The notes beneath the pieces were generated by a model, which saw only the letters and a list, made by a program, of their open reading frames with translations, was not told the DNA's origin and did no database searches. Of a stretch of DNA of 64,000 bases, positions 55,445 to 63,728 are shown one piece after another. The stretch's first letter is position 1; every line of letters begins with the position of its first letter. Source of the DNA: an uncultured Thermoplasmata archaeon (lineage in GTDB: Archaea > Thermoplasmatota > Thermoplasmata > UBA10834); the NCBI GenBank assembly GCA_963705355.1, contig OY970070.1, positions 287,741-351,740 of the forward strand, in the 5' to 3' direction. Both the position numbers and the translations under genes were made by a program.

Positions 55445-57079
55445 TCAGTGATGCAACTGGTAGAAAAACACCACCAGTGGGTAGGCCGGGTTGTCGCTAA
55501 AGCCTTGCAGATTCGCCTTCAGGACATACAGATTCTTTATGTCCACAATCCCCACACCCGGACAGTCATTATAGAGCATGAGCTGGGCGGTACGATAATC
55601 TGCAAGGGATTGGGTCGGGTTTGTACCCTCGAGAGCAGCTGCACTATCGATCACACTGTCGAAAGCGGAGTTATTATAGTAGCCCAGATTGAAGTACGCG
55701 TAGCTATAGCTGCTGAACATATTGTAGAGGAAGTCATACGGCGTCACATAACCCGGCCACCAGTACATCACAAAGATATCCTGGGCCGTGGCGGGGTTCG
55801 CCGTTGCGAGGAGCCATTGCTGTTCCCAGGGCATGGGCTGAATGTCGAGGTTAATGCCAAGGGTCGTGAGTTGTTCCTTCCAGAGCTCAGCGACCTTCTG
55901 CTCATATAAGTCCCCCTGGAGATATGTGTACTTGAGGGTGAATCCGCCATCTGGATAGCCGGCCTGGGTCAAGAGTTGCTCGGCCATGCTCAGGTTGAAG
56001 TCGTAATAGGGCAAGGTGTCGTCGTGCCCCCACATCGTGGCCGGAATCATGCCAATGGATTGGGTCCCGAGGCCACTCATGACCGAGGTCATGATGTCGT
56101 CATAGGGGATCGAATGGGCAAGAGCCTGACGGACGGTGGTGTTGTTTGTCGGGGAACGTTCCATGTTGAAGAATACGTAGAGGGCACGATAGCTCGGGTT
56201 TTTCACTACATTCACTGCACTATCATTCTGCAATGTCGGCACATCCTGGAGGGGCGGGTCCACTAGGATATCCGCAGTGCCACTGAGCACTGCCTGCTCC
56301 CGCTGTGCCGGGTCTGCAATCGTCTTGATGATCGCATTGTCGAACTGACCGGATTTCCAGCCACCCCAGTATCCTGCGAACTTTTTCAAGACCACGTAAC
56401 TGTTCGAGTACTGTACCGTTGTGTCAAGCATGTACGGGCCAGAGCCACTTTCATGGCCAGCATTGAACCATTCCTGCTGGAGCGTATAGTTCGCGCCCGG
56501 GGTATTCGGGGAGAAAATGTAGGCAGCATAACCACAGGTCGCTATCTTGTCGAAAGGCGCGGGGTACAGGAGATGGAAATGGATTGTGTAGGTATCCAGG
56601 ATATCGATATTTTGGGCTGCCTGGGTCGCATTCCCGAGAGGCGCCCAGATATAAGCCGCCCCCTGACCTATCGTGATCGTTCGCAGAAGCGAGAACCTGA
56701 CCGCCGTTGCGTTGAAAGGCGTATCATCGTGGAATTTCACGTCCTGGCGGAGATTGAACGTCCAGTCCAGTCCGTCTGACGAGGCGTTCCAGTCCGTCGC
56801 GAGGAGCGGAACCGCCTTCTGTTCCGTGGGATCCCAGTGAGTCAACGTCTCGTAGATGTTAGGCAACAGTATAATGGAATTGGAGAATTCGCTGCTCGGG
56901 TCGAGGGTGACCATCTCTGAGTTGGTCACATAAGTTATCACATTTGCTTTCCGAACATTTCGAGTGCCGAGGATCGCAGCAGTAGCGACGATCACAAGTA
57001 TGACGACGATGATGGCGATCAACTTTCCTCTATGGCGCCGTGGCGCCTCGCTCTTTGGTTTTTCAGTAGAACTTGCCAT
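55445..57079 (-). CDS. oppA: ABC transporter substrate-binding protein, family 5 (oligopeptide-binding OppA-like) with an N-terminal membrane anchor
   Basis: N-terminal TM anchor LIAIIVVILVIVATAAILG, then an SBP_bac_5-like domain. First gene of the minus-strand opp cluster. Confidence 0.75.
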   Translation of the reverse strand: MASSTEKPKSEAPRRHRGKLIAIIVVILVIVATAAILGTRNVRKANVITYVTNSEMVTLDPSSEFSNSIILLPNIYETLTHWDPTEQKAVPLLATDWNASSDGLDWTFNLRQDVKFHDDTPFNATAVRFSLLRTITIGQGAAYIWAPLGNATQAAQNIDILDTYTIHFHLLYPAPFDKIATCGYAAYIFSPNTPGANYTLQQEWFNAGHESGSGPYMLDTTVQYSNSYVVLKKFAGYWGGWKSGQFDNAIIKTIADPAQREQAVLSGTADILVDPPLQDVPTLQNDSAVNVVKNPSYRALYVFFNMERSPTNNTTVRQALAHSIPYDDIMTSVMSGLGTQSIGMIPATMWGHDDTLPYYDFNLSMAEQLLTQAGYPDGGFTLKYTYLQGDLYEQKVAELWKEQLTTLGINLDIQPMPWEQQWLLATANPATAQDIFVMYWWPGYVTPYDFLYNMFSSYSYAYFNLGYYNNSAFDSVIDSAAALEGTNPTQSLADYRTAQLMLYNDCPGVGIVDIKNLYVLKANLQGFSDNPAYPLVVFFYQLHH

Positions 57080-57632
57080 TTATCTCCCTCTCCTTTCACT
57101 TGCCTTCTTCACTTCTTGACACTTTGGTAGCAGAATGATGAGAACATCTCTCCCCACAAATTCAGATAGGCCGCTGATTACTCCACGCTTATGTACCGAA
57201 AATGTTCCGAGAATCTTCGACCTGTCATCAATCTCTATTTTCAGACAGACACCTTCACTCACATCATGGTATCACTATAAGCACTCTGCTGTCTGATGGC
57301 ATCTGAAACTATCAGTTGTGAGGATATCTTTCCCAGGTGAACACACGCCGAAAAACGGTATCCTGGCTGGGCTTGAATGTCGCTTCGGCCATCATTCATC
57401 GCCTCATCCTGTATGGATCGCCCAAGACACTCTGGATGGGCCGCTTCATCATCGGGAAAATCAGCAATTGAAAAATACTTGCACTCAATGTTCAACGGAT
57501 GCCTAGAGTCCTTGACACTCGAGACTTCCGAGAGATCACGGTGCGAGCATCTGTGGAGAGACCTGTTCGAACGACACCGCTTCCCAGCGTTTGTTTCCTT
57601 CCCCTAGTTTGGAGATGTTTTCCAGGATTCCT

Positions 57633-58010
57633 TCATACCATCCATTTCTGCCAGACGACCTTCGGCGCTTTCGAGAGCAGGTGCTTGCATTCTTTGGGCC
57701 GTCCTCTCTTGTCGATGCGCAACAGCTCGCAATGGTCGAACCGCCAGTACTCACAGAGATCGCAAGCATAGGTCTCCCCGAGCGGGACCTGCTGATAGTC
57801 TCGGCATCTCTCACACTTGCCCTCTATCCAGTTCTTGAGCTCCCCCTTGCAATCTGGGCACGGGATAGGAGTATGGTACGGAACATGGCTATTGGAGACC
57901 ATCTGCGCCCCGGGGCAATGCTCGTATCCTGGGCAGCGGCACTCTGGCCATGCCATGATCGGGCAGAAGCCATAGTCCTCAAGCTCCACAGTGCATGGAA
58001 CCTTGTGCAT
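57633..58010 (-). CDS. Cysteine-rich hypothetical protein (125 aa, 16 Cys; multiple CxxC zinc-ribbon-like pairs)
   Basis: CPIMAWPECRCPGYEHCPG, CPDCKGE...CERC, CDLCEY...HCE patterns. Confidence 0.4.
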   Translation of the reverse strand: MHKVPCTVELEDYGFCPIMAWPECRCPGYEHCPGAQMVSNSHVPYHTPIPCPDCKGELKNWIEGKCERCRDYQQVPLGETYACDLCEYWRFDHCELLRIDKRGRPKECKHLLSKAPKVVWQKWMV

Positions 58011-58577
58011 ACTTGAATGTCTTGCTCTCTATCAATCAGAGAATTATTGCCCTGAACCAAACCTCACCAACGCTATCGAACTAGCAGGGCTCGTCCGTGG
58101 AAACTCCGGAATGCATTTTCTACCGGTAAGAAAATGGAGGATGAGATCCTCACATTCTGTACCAGTGAGTATAGCATCCAGCTTTAATCACTGGTAGATT
58201 CCGGGCCATAATCCCGACAAGAGCACGTTAATGAGAAAAAAGGAAAGGGTTTGAGGGAACGGACGGGGACAACGGGTTCTGACGCTTCCAAAGCCAGCGC
58301 ATTTTGAAGGCCAGATTTTGGGCTTTCGCTATCCGTTGAAGGCCGACGTTGACCTGCTCATGATTGATGCCAAATCACAACATACTAGCTTGTGAAGGGG
58401 ACGATCTCCTCTCCCAACGAGATTGTTCTACCAGCCTCCTTGGAGCATGCAATGGAGACGCCTCTCACTCATTGGAAATCAGTGAGACCGTACGGTAATC
58501 GTGAAGACCTGCGTCCCTCCATCCTTCGCCAACGGACGATGTCAGGAACATTCTCATGGAGGAATGGGCATCGGGGT

Positions 58578-59321
58578 ATGATGGCAATGACAAGCAAGTT
58601 CAGGAGCGAGGTGAAGCAACTCGCAACGCAACTAGGAGCGGATCTCGTTGGAATAGCTCCAGAGAAGGCGTTTGCCAATGCGCCTGGAGGACATCGCCCG
58701 CAGGACATCCTGACGGGGGCGAGAAGCGTCATAGTAATCGCTGTCGCACTCCCACATGCGGCTCTCGAATCCGCTCCTAGCCGCGAGTATTCGGCAACTT
58801 ACACGTCGGCCAACAATGAGCTCAACAGAATCGCGTTCAGGCTCGCGAAGTTTCTCCAGGAGAATGGGCATCGCGCGGTCCAGGTCCCCGCATCTTCGCC
58901 CTACGATCTCAAGCGCATGAGAGGCGATATTTCGCACAGGCATGCTGGCGAGCTGGCAGGGCTCGGGGTGTTCGGCAAGAACAGCCTCCTCCTCTCGCCG
59001 AAATATGGCGCTAGAATGCGCTTGGTCTCTGTCATCACAGACGCAAACCTCACACCTGACAAGAGGTTGGAGACTGATTTCTGCATGGATTGTGACAAAT
59101 GCATCCGAGCATGTCCGGCGAAAGCCCTCAAAGGCGGTCGAACAGTTGACAAAGAAACTTGTGACAATCAGCACCCCAGAATAGGAAAGAAGCTCGATCT
59201 GTCGGGCGGGGAACAGGTCTGCGGTGTCTGCATACGCGTCTGCCCTGTTGGGATTGATGCCAAGAAGAGAGGGCCTCACAAGGCCAGTCGCTCGAGATCA
59301 AGGGACCAATGCGAATACTGA
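58578..59321 (+). CDS. QueG-like (epoxyqueuosine-reductase-related) 4Fe-4S protein, truncated relative to bacterial QueG
   Basis: QueG-like N-terminus (LGADLVGIAPEKAF...ARSVIVIAVAL), ISHRHAGELAGLGVFGKNSLLLSPKYG, and two Cys clusters (CMDCDKCIRACP, CGVCIRVCP). Start placed at ATG 58578. Confidence 0.55.
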   Translation: MMAMTSKFRSEVKQLATQLGADLVGIAPEKAFANAPGGHRPQDILTGARSVIVIAVALPHAALESAPSREYSATYTSANNELNRIAFRLAKFLQENGHRAVQVPASSPYDLKRMRGDISHRHAGELAGLGVFGKNSLLLSPKYGARMRLVSVITDANLTPDKRLETDFCMDCDKCIRACPAKALKGGRTVDKETCDNQHPRIGKKLDLSGGEQVCGVCIRVCPVGIDAKKRGPHKASRSRSRDQCEY

Positions 59322-59422
59322 AAGACCTTGTTTGCGTCAGCTCCTTACTGGGACAAAGACAACGGCCGGCTCGTGCTAGGTCCGAGGCAGATTGAGGAAG
59401 CGGTTCGTCCTGGAAAGGAGTC

Positions 59423-59513
59423 TAGGTCCGGCTTCAATCCCTGCTGATTGAATTCGAGTTGCGATGTACTGGCTCCTGAGGGGTTCGAATCCTCCCGAGG
59501 TTGGATTCCCAGA
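59423..59513 (+). repeat. R2 module A: tRNA-3'-half-like element (TAGGTCCGGCTTCAATCCCTGCTGATTGA...TTGCGATGTACTGGCT...GGGGTTCGAATCCTCC CGAGGTTGGATTCCCAG)
   Basis: Contains a canonical T-arm-like GGGGTTCGAATCC. ~80% identical in blocks to 63729-63812. No complementary 5' acceptor strand found nearby. Confidence 0.5.
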
Positions 59514-59547
59514 AGAAAAAGCCTCGGATGGGGTTTGAGCCTCGCCT

Positions 59548-59590
59548 CGGAAAAGCCCATAGGTGAGGAAAGGCGACCGATGTTCAAACT
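59548..59590. repeat. R1 copy 3 (CGGAAAAGCCCATAGGTGAGGAAAGGCGACCGATGTTCAAAC); a second partial copy lies at 59621-59655
   Basis: Near-identical to the core of copy 2. Confidence 0.7.
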
Positions 59591-59826
59591 ACAAGGTCTT
59601 CACACGTCTCCAAGGAAAGTCCTTAGGGGAGGAAGGGCGGGCGATGTTCAAATCTCGAATGGTGAGAGGGATGTTGCTTGCAGAGCCCGAAATGCCTGTC
59701 TGGACATTTTAGCGGGACGCGCGATCGGAACGCAGTTGGATGTGCGTTGATGAAGGCGATTGAACCTTAAGTCTGCCGCAACGAGTTAATATACCGGTTC
59801 CTTCAAATATCCATTGGGCGACTCTT

Positions 59827-61164
59827 GTGAAAGCGATCGACGCCAGTGTGCTCAAGAAGTTCGAAATGTCTTTCGACGAGGACCCTAAGAACCGCCTCGC
59901 CATGAATGCGGTGACAGAGAACGGAATCTCATCTGTCGCTCTCAATCGAAAGGATGTCGACAGGATCAACTTCACGTTCAGCCACCAGATCGAGTCACCG
60001 GAAGCGACAAATCAGGAGAGATCAGGAAGATGCTGGCTTTTCTCTGGGCTCAGCTTTCTGGCTTTTGAAGCCATGAAGAAGTTGAATGTCGACACCTTCG
60101 AGCTTTCCGAGATCTATCAGATGTTCTGGGATAAGCTCGAGAAGGCGAACTTCTTCCTTGAGAACATAATCGAGACAAGGGCGGAACCCCTGGACAGTCG
60201 GAGGCTGATGTGGCTGCTTTCGGACCCACTGTCCGATGGCGGACAGTGGGACATGTTCGTGAACCTTGTCAAGAAATACGGCGTGGTTCCGAAGTCCTTC
60301 ATGCCAGAGACCGAGAGCAGCAACAACTCGGAACCGATGAACGCCCTCTTGGAAACAAAGCTGAGGGAATATGCGAAGCTGATAAGGGACAAGCACGCCG
60401 ATGATAACGACCTGGAGGAGCTGCGCTCGATCAAAGAGAAGTGTCTTGAAGAGTTCTACAGGATGCTTGCGGTGAGCCTCGGAAAGCCGCCGACCGAATT
60501 ATACTGGGAATGGCGCGACAAGCACGAGGAATTCCATCGGCACGGCAGGATAACTCCGAAGGAGTTCTACAGCGAATACATCGGCGTTGATCTGGACGAC
60601 TTCGTGTGCATCATCAACGCCCCTACTCCGGACAAGCCGTTCAACAGGACGTACACGGTGAGGAATCTCGGCAACGTCGTCGAGTGTAGGCCGATTCGAT
60701 ACCTGAACGTGGACATGAAGAGTCTCAAGAGAGTCACGATAGAGATGATCAAGGACAATCATGCGGTCTGGTTCGGCTGCGATGTCGGCCAGATGCTTGC
60801 CACCGAACTGGGCGCTATGGACCTCAGCGTCTATGACTACGAGCTAGTCTTCGGAACGAAGTTCAATCTTGACAAGGCGTCGAGGCTTGAGTACGGCTGC
60901 AGCGAAATGACGCACGCGATGCTTCTCACCGGCGTGGATCTTGACGAAGGCGGTCGACCCAGAAAATGGCGGGTGGAGAATAGCTGGGGTGCCAAGATCG
61001 GAGATAAGGGATTCATGTACATGATGGATGAATGGTTCGAGGAGTATCTGTACGAGGTCATCGTGAACAAGAAGTATCTCGGGCCGGAATTGTTGACGGC
61101 GCTCGAAACAGAGCCGGTCCCCCTCGAACCTTGGGATCCGATGGGAAGTCTCGCAAGGTCGTAG
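59827..61164 (+). CDS. pepC: C1B-family cysteine peptidase (aminopeptidase C / bleomycin-hydrolase type)
   Basis: Catalytic Cys in QERSGRCWLFS, and a C-terminal His/Asn region (...VENSWG). GTG start. Confidence 0.8.
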   Translation: MKAIDASVLKKFEMSFDEDPKNRLAMNAVTENGISSVALNRKDVDRINFTFSHQIESPEATNQERSGRCWLFSGLSFLAFEAMKKLNVDTFELSEIYQMFWDKLEKANFFLENIIETRAEPLDSRRLMWLLSDPLSDGGQWDMFVNLVKKYGVVPKSFMPETESSNNSEPMNALLETKLREYAKLIRDKHADDNDLEELRSIKEKCLEEFYRMLAVSLGKPPTELYWEWRDKHEEFHRHGRITPKEFYSEYIGVDLDDFVCIINAPTPDKPFNRTYTVRNLGNVVECRPIRYLNVDMKSLKRVTIEMIKDNHAVWFGCDVGQMLATELGAMDLSVYDYELVFGTKFNLDKASRLEYGCSEMTHAMLLTGVDLDEGGRPRKWRVENSWGAKIGDKGFMYMMDEWFEEYLYEVIVNKKYLGPELLTALETEPVPLEPWDPMGSLARS

Positions 61165-61175
61165 GAAGCTCATTC

Positions 61176-61200
61176 GCATAGGGGAGGAAAGGCGATTCGG
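61176..61200. repeat. R1 copy 4 (GCATAGGGGAGGAAAGGCGATTCGG)
   Basis: Core motif ATAGGGGAGGAAAGGCGA ~50 nt upstream of the next gene. Confidence 0.6.
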
Positions 61201-61251
61201 GCACGAAAAAGGGTGGTCGGGTTGAGAGTGCCAAAAAGAACCGCATATGCA

Positions 61252-61695
61252 ATGGCTATCGCCATCTCAATTGTGATTCTGCTTGTGCTGATGGTCTATC
61301 TCCTCGCTTTCTCCATGGTGAAGGTTTCTGGAGTTGTCGACCATAAGACCATAACAGGCATCAGGGACCAGACTCTCTACTCTCTGGTTGTGATGTATCC
61401 CTGGGGTATCCAGATCGATGACCATGCTCTCGATTACCTATTCCAAGGTAAGGACCAGAATGTGACAATCAATGCGACATTTGAGCAGGCGATACTCAGC
61501 CATGGATATTCCAAGATCAACTATCTTGCCAGCATCCAGGTCAGCTCGAAAGACTCGGTGAATCACCTCAATCCAGGAGATGCTCTCGCTTACTTCGTGA
61601 AGAGAAGTGATTTCAACGCTCTGAGGATTGGGAACACCGTAACATACGAGGTTGAGAAGGGAAAGACCCTCACCATTGCACGGGTCAATGATTGA
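61252..61695 (+). CDS. Hypothetical membrane-anchored protein
   Basis: N-terminal TM helix AIAISIVILLVLMVYLLAF followed by a soluble domain. Start taken at ATG rather than the track's GTG 61213. Confidence 0.4.
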   Translation: MAIAISIVILLVLMVYLLAFSMVKVSGVVDHKTITGIRDQTLYSLVVMYPWGIQIDDHALDYLFQGKDQNVTINATFEQAILSHGYSKINYLASIQVSSKDSVNHLNPGDALAYFVKRSDFNALRIGNTVTYEVEKGKTLTIARVND

Positions 61696-61760
61696 ACTGC
61701 GCTTGCAGAGTCCTCCAGGCTAGATTCCAGGAGAGGGAGAGAGTTTATGTCATCCTTTCT

Positions 61761-61778
61761 CGGAAAAGCCCATAGGGA
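61761..61778. repeat. R1 copy 5, left half only (CGGAAAAGCCCATAGGGA), interrupted by the IS110 element
   Basis: Matches the R1 head. The R1 tail resumes at 63060 immediately after the IS. Confidence 0.6.
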
Positions 61779-63058
61779 TGGTATGTAGAAGAGGCCACTC
61801 GCCATTTCGTAGCAACGAGGTTGGATTCCCAGTGCCTCAATACGAATCGGAGGCGAGTAGGCCATGTTGTACATAGGACTGGACGTGCATAAAGAATTCT
61901 GTCAAGCGTGCGTGGTGAACGAACTCGGACGAGCTCTCTCAAATGAGAGATTCTTGTCCACCCGGGAGGAACTCGACAGGTTCCTGGCTCGATTCAAGGA
62001 CGCCAAGTTCGTCCTCGAATCCACAGGCATGTGGGAGTTCATCTACGAGGGAATCGAGAAGAGAGGGTTCGAGGTAGTGCTGGCTCATCCGCTCAAAGTG
62101 AGAGCCATTGCAGAAGCCAAGGTCAAGACCGACAAGGTCGACGCTGAAACCCTGGCTCAGCTACTTCGAGCGAACCTCATCCCTCGCTCGTGGGTCCCCA
62201 GTAAGGACGTGAGGGATCTCAGACAACTCGTGAGACAGCGCGCATATCTCGTCCAGCAGTCCACGAGTCTCAAGAATCGAATCCATGCCGAACTCCTCAG
62301 ACGAGGAGTACGGCGTCCACTGAACTTCGTGAGGCCGTTCTCGAAGAAGAGCATCGACTGGATGCGGTCTCTCGAGATCCCGACTGTCATCTCGTGCCTG
62401 AACTGCCTAGAGAGCGTCCAGGCACAGATCGAGAAGATGAACGCCCAGCTGCTGGATGAGTTCAACCGAAGACCCGATGCCCAGCTCATTGCGACGGTCC
62501 CGGGCATCGGATTCTACGGCGCCCTTCTGATCCACGCGGAGATCGACGACATCAAGAGGTTCTCTCATCCCGAGAAGCTGTGCGCTTATGCGGGGTTGGT
62601 GCCAACTGTGAGCCAGTCGGCATCCTCCGTCCACTACGGTGCCATCAGCAAGGACGGGTCCAGTTATCTCCGCTGGATGCTCACGGAGGCGGTCCACACT
62701 CACACTCATTGCGAGCCAGGCTCGCGACTCTCGAGATTCCACGCGAAGGTCGCGAGACGAAGGGGCAAGCAGAAGGCGACCATCGCGACCGCGAGGAAAC
62801 TCCTCCTCATCATCTACTGGATGCTCGTGAGACACGAGCCATATCACAGTCAAGGATTGGACCCCGGCTTTCCTCCTGCACGTAATGAGTGCGACATAGG
62901 GATTGGGGCAGGTCCCTGACAAATGGACGAAGATGCCATAGTGCGGCGTGGACCGCGAATAGAGGCTTGTCCGACAAACCCCTTGATCAAATCCACGACG
63001 GGAGGCAAAAACAAAGAGGATGAAACGCAATCAGACGAAATGTGAGTGGCCTTCTTCA
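61779..63058 (+). mobile_element. IS110-family insertion sequence (~1.28 kb) with imperfect 13-14-bp terminal inverted repeats (GAAGAGGCCACTC / GAGTGGCCTTCTTC), inserted into an R1 repeat
   Basis: Transposase ORF at 61864-62919. IRs at 61788-61800 and 63044-63057. Flanked by the two halves of an R1 motif. The non-coding ends (~80 nt left, ~140 nt right) could encode an IS110-type bridge RNA. Confidence 0.55.
61864..62919 (+). CDS. IS110-family transposase (DEDD-type recombinase)
   Basis: N-terminus MLYIGLDVHKEFCQACVV, the hallmark of IS110/IS1111 transposases. C-terminal domain contains VPGIGFYGALLI. Confidence 0.85.
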   Translation: MLYIGLDVHKEFCQACVVNELGRALSNERFLSTREELDRFLARFKDAKFVLESTGMWEFIYEGIEKRGFEVVLAHPLKVRAIAEAKVKTDKVDAETLAQLLRANLIPRSWVPSKDVRDLRQLVRQRAYLVQQSTSLKNRIHAELLRRGVRRPLNFVRPFSKKSIDWMRSLEIPTVISCLNCLESVQAQIEKMNAQLLDEFNRRPDAQLIATVPGIGFYGALLIHAEIDDIKRFSHPEKLCAYAGLVPTVSQSASSVHYGAISKDGSSYLRWMLTEAVHTHTHCEPGSRLSRFHAKVARRRGKQKATIATARKLLLIIYWMLVRHEPYHSQGLDPGFPPARNECDIGIGAGP

Positions 63059-63059
63059 A

Positions 63060-63082
63060 CATAGAGGGAGGAAAGGCGATTC
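63060..63082. repeat. R1 copy 6, right half (CATAGAGGGAGGAAAGGCGATTCC)
   Basis: Completes the R1 motif split by the IS110 element. Lies ~30 nt upstream of the isf-like gene. Confidence 0.6.
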
Positions 63083-63108
63083 CTGGGTGAGGAGAGTGGG
63101 GGAAACTG

Positions 63109-63687
63109 ATGAAAGTTCTTGCGATAAACGGTAGCGTAAGGAAAGGCGGGAACACGCAGCTCATGATCGAAGTGGCGGCGAAGCCGTTAAAGAGCGCTCG
63201 CGTACGAGTGGAGTCCGTGTACATCACGGATTATGACATCAAGCCCTGCAACGCGTGCGAGGTGTGCTACACGAAGCCTTGGCATTGCCCGATCAAGGAC
63301 GACGCCGTGAAGCTGCTCAAGAAGATGACCGACGCTGACGGTCTCATCATCGCATCCCCCGTGTACTGCACAGACGTGACGGCGCAGCTCAGGGCGCTTA
63401 TAGACCGGAGCGTCATACCGTACATTGAGCAGGACTTCAAGGACAAAGTGGGCGGGGCCATCATTGTGGGGGCGGGCGCTCATGGAGGCCAGGAGCTCGC
63501 CCTAATCCAAGTCATGGAATTCTTCCACTACCAGGGAATGATTATCGCCAGCCCTAGATTCGGGTTGGGCGGTGCTATGGGCACTGCAGACAAGAAGGGC
63601 GACATCAAGAAGGACAAGGAAGGGCTCAAGAGCGCCAGGGAACTGGGCATTCGAATGGCCGAACTCCTCAAGAGGTTCGACAAATGA
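63109..63687 (+). CDS. NADPH-dependent FMN reductase / iron-sulfur flavoprotein (Isf-like) family
   Basis: N-terminus MKVLAINGSVRKGGNT and flavodoxin-like fold motifs. A CxxC pair (CNACEVC) as in Isf proteins. Confidence 0.7.
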   Translation: MKVLAINGSVRKGGNTQLMIEVAAKPLKSARVRVESVYITDYDIKPCNACEVCYTKPWHCPIKDDAVKLLKKMTDADGLIIASPVYCTDVTAQLRALIDRSVIPYIEQDFKDKVGGAIIVGAGAHGGQELALIQVMEFFHYQGMIIASPRFGLGGAMGTADKKGDIKKDKEGLKSARELGIRMAELLKRFDK

Positions 63688-63728
63688 CCTGCTTGTCGTG
63701 GTACATGAAGTGGACTCCGAAATGGGAT

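Noticed and set aside
59423-59513. Calling R2 modules A and B intact tRNA genes
   Set aside because: Could not find 5' acceptor-stem strands complementary to the 3' ends, nor a plausible D-arm or anticodon arm, even allowing a canonical-position intron. Recorded as tRNA-3'-half-like repeats pending tRNAscan-SE or Infernal analysis.
46928-63082. Possible CRISPR array formed by the recurring R1 motif
   Set aside because: Copies are irregularly spaced (tens of nt to 10 kb), variable in length and sequence, and interspersed with genes. No regular repeat-spacer periodicity and no cas genes. Treated as a dispersed repeat family instead.
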